Source of the DNA: Mobula hypostoma
Lineage: Eukaryota
DNA length: 64,000 bases
Assembly (NCBI RefSeq): GCF_963921235.1
Contig: NC_086097.1
Location: 120,902,001-120,966,000 of the forward strand
Reading direction: 5' to 3'
Numbering within the stretch: position 1 is the first letter of the stretch; each line of letters begins with the position of its first letter. The position numbers were made by a program, and so were the translations under genes. Of this stretch, positions 61,761-64,000 are shown one piece after another. The notes below the pieces were generated by a model. The model was not told the origin of the DNA. It saw nothing but the letters and a program-made list of their open reading frames with translations, and did not search any database.

Positions 61761-63045
61761 CAGTAGCATGCAAAAGTTTGGGCACCCCTGATCAAAATTT
61801 CTGTTACTGTGAATAGCTAAGCAGTAAAAGGTGACCTGATTTCCTAAAGACATAAAGTTAAAGATGACACATTTCTTTAATATTTTAAGCAAGATTACTT
61901 TTTTTATTTCCATCTTTTACAGTTTCAAAATAACAAAAAAAAGGGCCCAAAGCAAAAGTTTGGGCACCCTGCATGGGGTACTTTGTAACACCACCTTTAG
62001 CAAGTATCACAGCTTGTAAACACTTTTGTAGCCGGCTAAGAGTCCTTCAATTCTTGTTTGGGGGATTTTTGTCCATTCTTCCTTGCAAAAGGCTTCTAGT
62101 TCTGTGAGATTCTTGGGCTGTCTTACATGCACTGCTCTTTTGAGGTCTATCCACAGATTTTCGATGATGTTTAGGTCGGGCGGACTGTGAGGACCATGGC
62201 AAAACCTTCAGCTTGTGCCTCTTGAGGTAGTCCATTGTAGATTTTGAGGTGTGTTTAGGATCATTATCCTGTTGTAGAAGCCATCCTCTTTTCATCTTCA
62301 GCTTTTTTACAGACGGTGTGATGTTTGCTTCCAGAACTTGTTGGTACTTAATTGAATTCATTCTTCCCTCTACCAGTGAAATGTTCCCTGTGCCACTGGC
62401 TGCAACACAAGCCCAAAGCATGATCGATCCACCCCCGTACTCAACAGTTGGAGAGGGGTTCTTTTCCTGAAATTCTGCACCCTTTTTTCTCCAAACATAA
62501 CTTTGCTCATTGTGGTCAAAAAGTTCCATTTTAACTTCCTCAGTCCACAGGACTTGTTTCCAAAATGCATCAGGCTTGTTTAGATGTTCCTTTGCAAACT
62601 TCTGATGCTGAATTTTGTGGTGAGGATGCAGGAAAGGTTTTCTTCTGATGACTATTCCATGAAAGTCATATTTGTGCAGGTGTCGCTGCACAGTAGAACA
62701 GTGCACCACCACTCCAGAGTCTGCTAAATCTTCCTGAAGGTCTTTTGCGGTCAAACGGGGGTTTTGATTTGCCTTTCCAGCAATCGTACGAGCAGTTCTC
62801 TCGGAAAGTTTTCTTGGTCTTCCAGACCTCAACTTGACCTCCACCGTTCCTGTTAACTGCCATTTCTTAATTACATTATGAACCGAGGAAATGGCTACCT
62901 GAAAACACTTTGCTATCATCTTATAGCCTTCTCCTGCTTTGTGGGCATCAATTATTTTAATTTTCAGAGTGCTAGGCAGCTGCTTAGAGCAGCCCATGGC
63001 TACTGATTGTTGGGACAAGGTTTGAGGAGTCAGGGTATCTATAAA
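61761..63045 (-). mobile_element. Tc1/mariner (IR/DR-type) transposon with near-complete but inactivated transposase (ORF 62047-63018)
   Basis: TA+CAGT terminus at 61759-61764; 18-bp DR gcaaaagtttgggcaccc at 61770 and 61952. GRPRK, VLWTEE (first catalytic D changed to E) and QQDNDPKH are present, with a frameshift at the SPDLN motif. Confidence 0.93.
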
Positions 63046-64000
63046 CTATGTTCCCTCTAAGCTGTGCGTGTGTGTGGGTGCACACACGTTTTTCAACCAG
63101 CGCACAAAGGAAATTAATGTGCGCACAAAAGTTTAGTTACCTAAAATAATGTAGTAATTAATAATAATACTTATTGAAAACAACCTTTTAGCTAAATGTT
63201 TCTGCTAAATAGTTAGTCGGTTTTTCAAATACCACAATGCACGTCACTAATTTACGTCACCTCACCTTTCCTGTTCCAGTTTGTACAGCTGCATCATGGC
63301 GGCAGCCATCTTTGGCGGACAGTGTTCATATCATAAAGTTTACAAAGATCTGTTTCAAATCCTGTAGATAGCTTACTAAGTTTTTATTGAAAAAAATTGA
63401 TTCACTATGTCGAATTCAAAACAAGCAACAGGCGTGAAACTTTACAGGTTTTAAGTGATGTCTTTGATGAACATCACTTTGAGGTAGCATTACAGGTTTT
63501 AAGTGATGTCTTTGACGAACTGGCTGCACTGTGCAAGATTCTGCAAAACAGTGGCCTGACACCAATTAATTCACTTCATTTTGCATGAGGCAAAATTAAC
63601 GAGAAAAGAAGGCAGTATCTGGGAGACAATGTTTCATGGAGTGACAAAGTTAAAGTTTTGTTAAGCCAACAACGGGAAGAAAACGTCACAGTAGATGCAA
63701 GTTCGCTGTTGACTTTTATAAATAGTCTTTGTGTTCATTTAGAAGACAGGTTTCCTGAAGATGAGGTACAAGAATGGTCACCTTTTGATTTCTCCGCAAT
63801 TGTGGATTGTGACTTCACATTTGGTAATGAACAAGTTAATGCCTTATGTCTAAAATATCATGATTTTCTAGCTCAAGATACTGTAATAGTTAGACAGTTT
63901 AATGATTTCAAATTTTCTATGCAAGATAAAATTAAATCCAAACTGATGGCAAACTTTGCTCAAATGGTGGCATTTGTACTTCAGAATGAACAATTTTGCA
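63046..64000 (+). mobile_element. hAT-superfamily element (internally deleted), inserted upstream of the Tc1 ORF and running off the window
   Basis: Terminus ctatgttccctctaag resembles a CAGTGTTCCC-type TIR. The frame 63397-64000 reads LSDVFDELAALCKILQ...*GKINE...LEDRFPEDEVQEW..FDF with one stop, resembling ZNF862-like hAT transposase. Confidence 0.7.

Overview
This is a vertebrate-type, transposon-saturated intronic or intergenic window with no recognisable host protein-coding gene, rRNA, true tRNA or CRISPR array. The repeat mix (abundant CR1 LINEs, HE1/V-SINEs, Rex1/Babar LINE fragments, Penelope-type terminal repeats, Tc1 and hAT elements) suggests a cartilaginous fish, probably a ray; this is inference. 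Nearly all ORF-track entries are TE fragments or antisense shadows. Events resolved to the base include three solo-LTR-like insertions with TSDs (3227-4748, 22932-23663, 32483-33547), a young 5'-truncated L1 with a 15-bp TSD (9809-11596), an 80-bp hAT/Charlie MITE with an 8-bp TSD (38772-38851), and a Tc1 transposase element interrupted by a hAT element (61761-64000). The most notable signals are: (i) a dispersed and locally tandem Penelope/retrozyme-like repeat whose copies together reconstruct a minimal type I hammerhead ribozyme, with every copy here degenerate; (ii) a Tc1-derived MITE family with three TIR copies, ending in a ~57-bp TIR-TIR hairpin; (iii) a consensus recursive-splice-site motif (Py-tract CAG|GTAAGT, 26198-26218) in a unique island rich in splice signals; (iv) candidate RFX/CCAAT and CTCF sites. 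I found nothing that I can establish as a wholly new system. Old-repeat boundaries are approximate unless a TSD is quoted.
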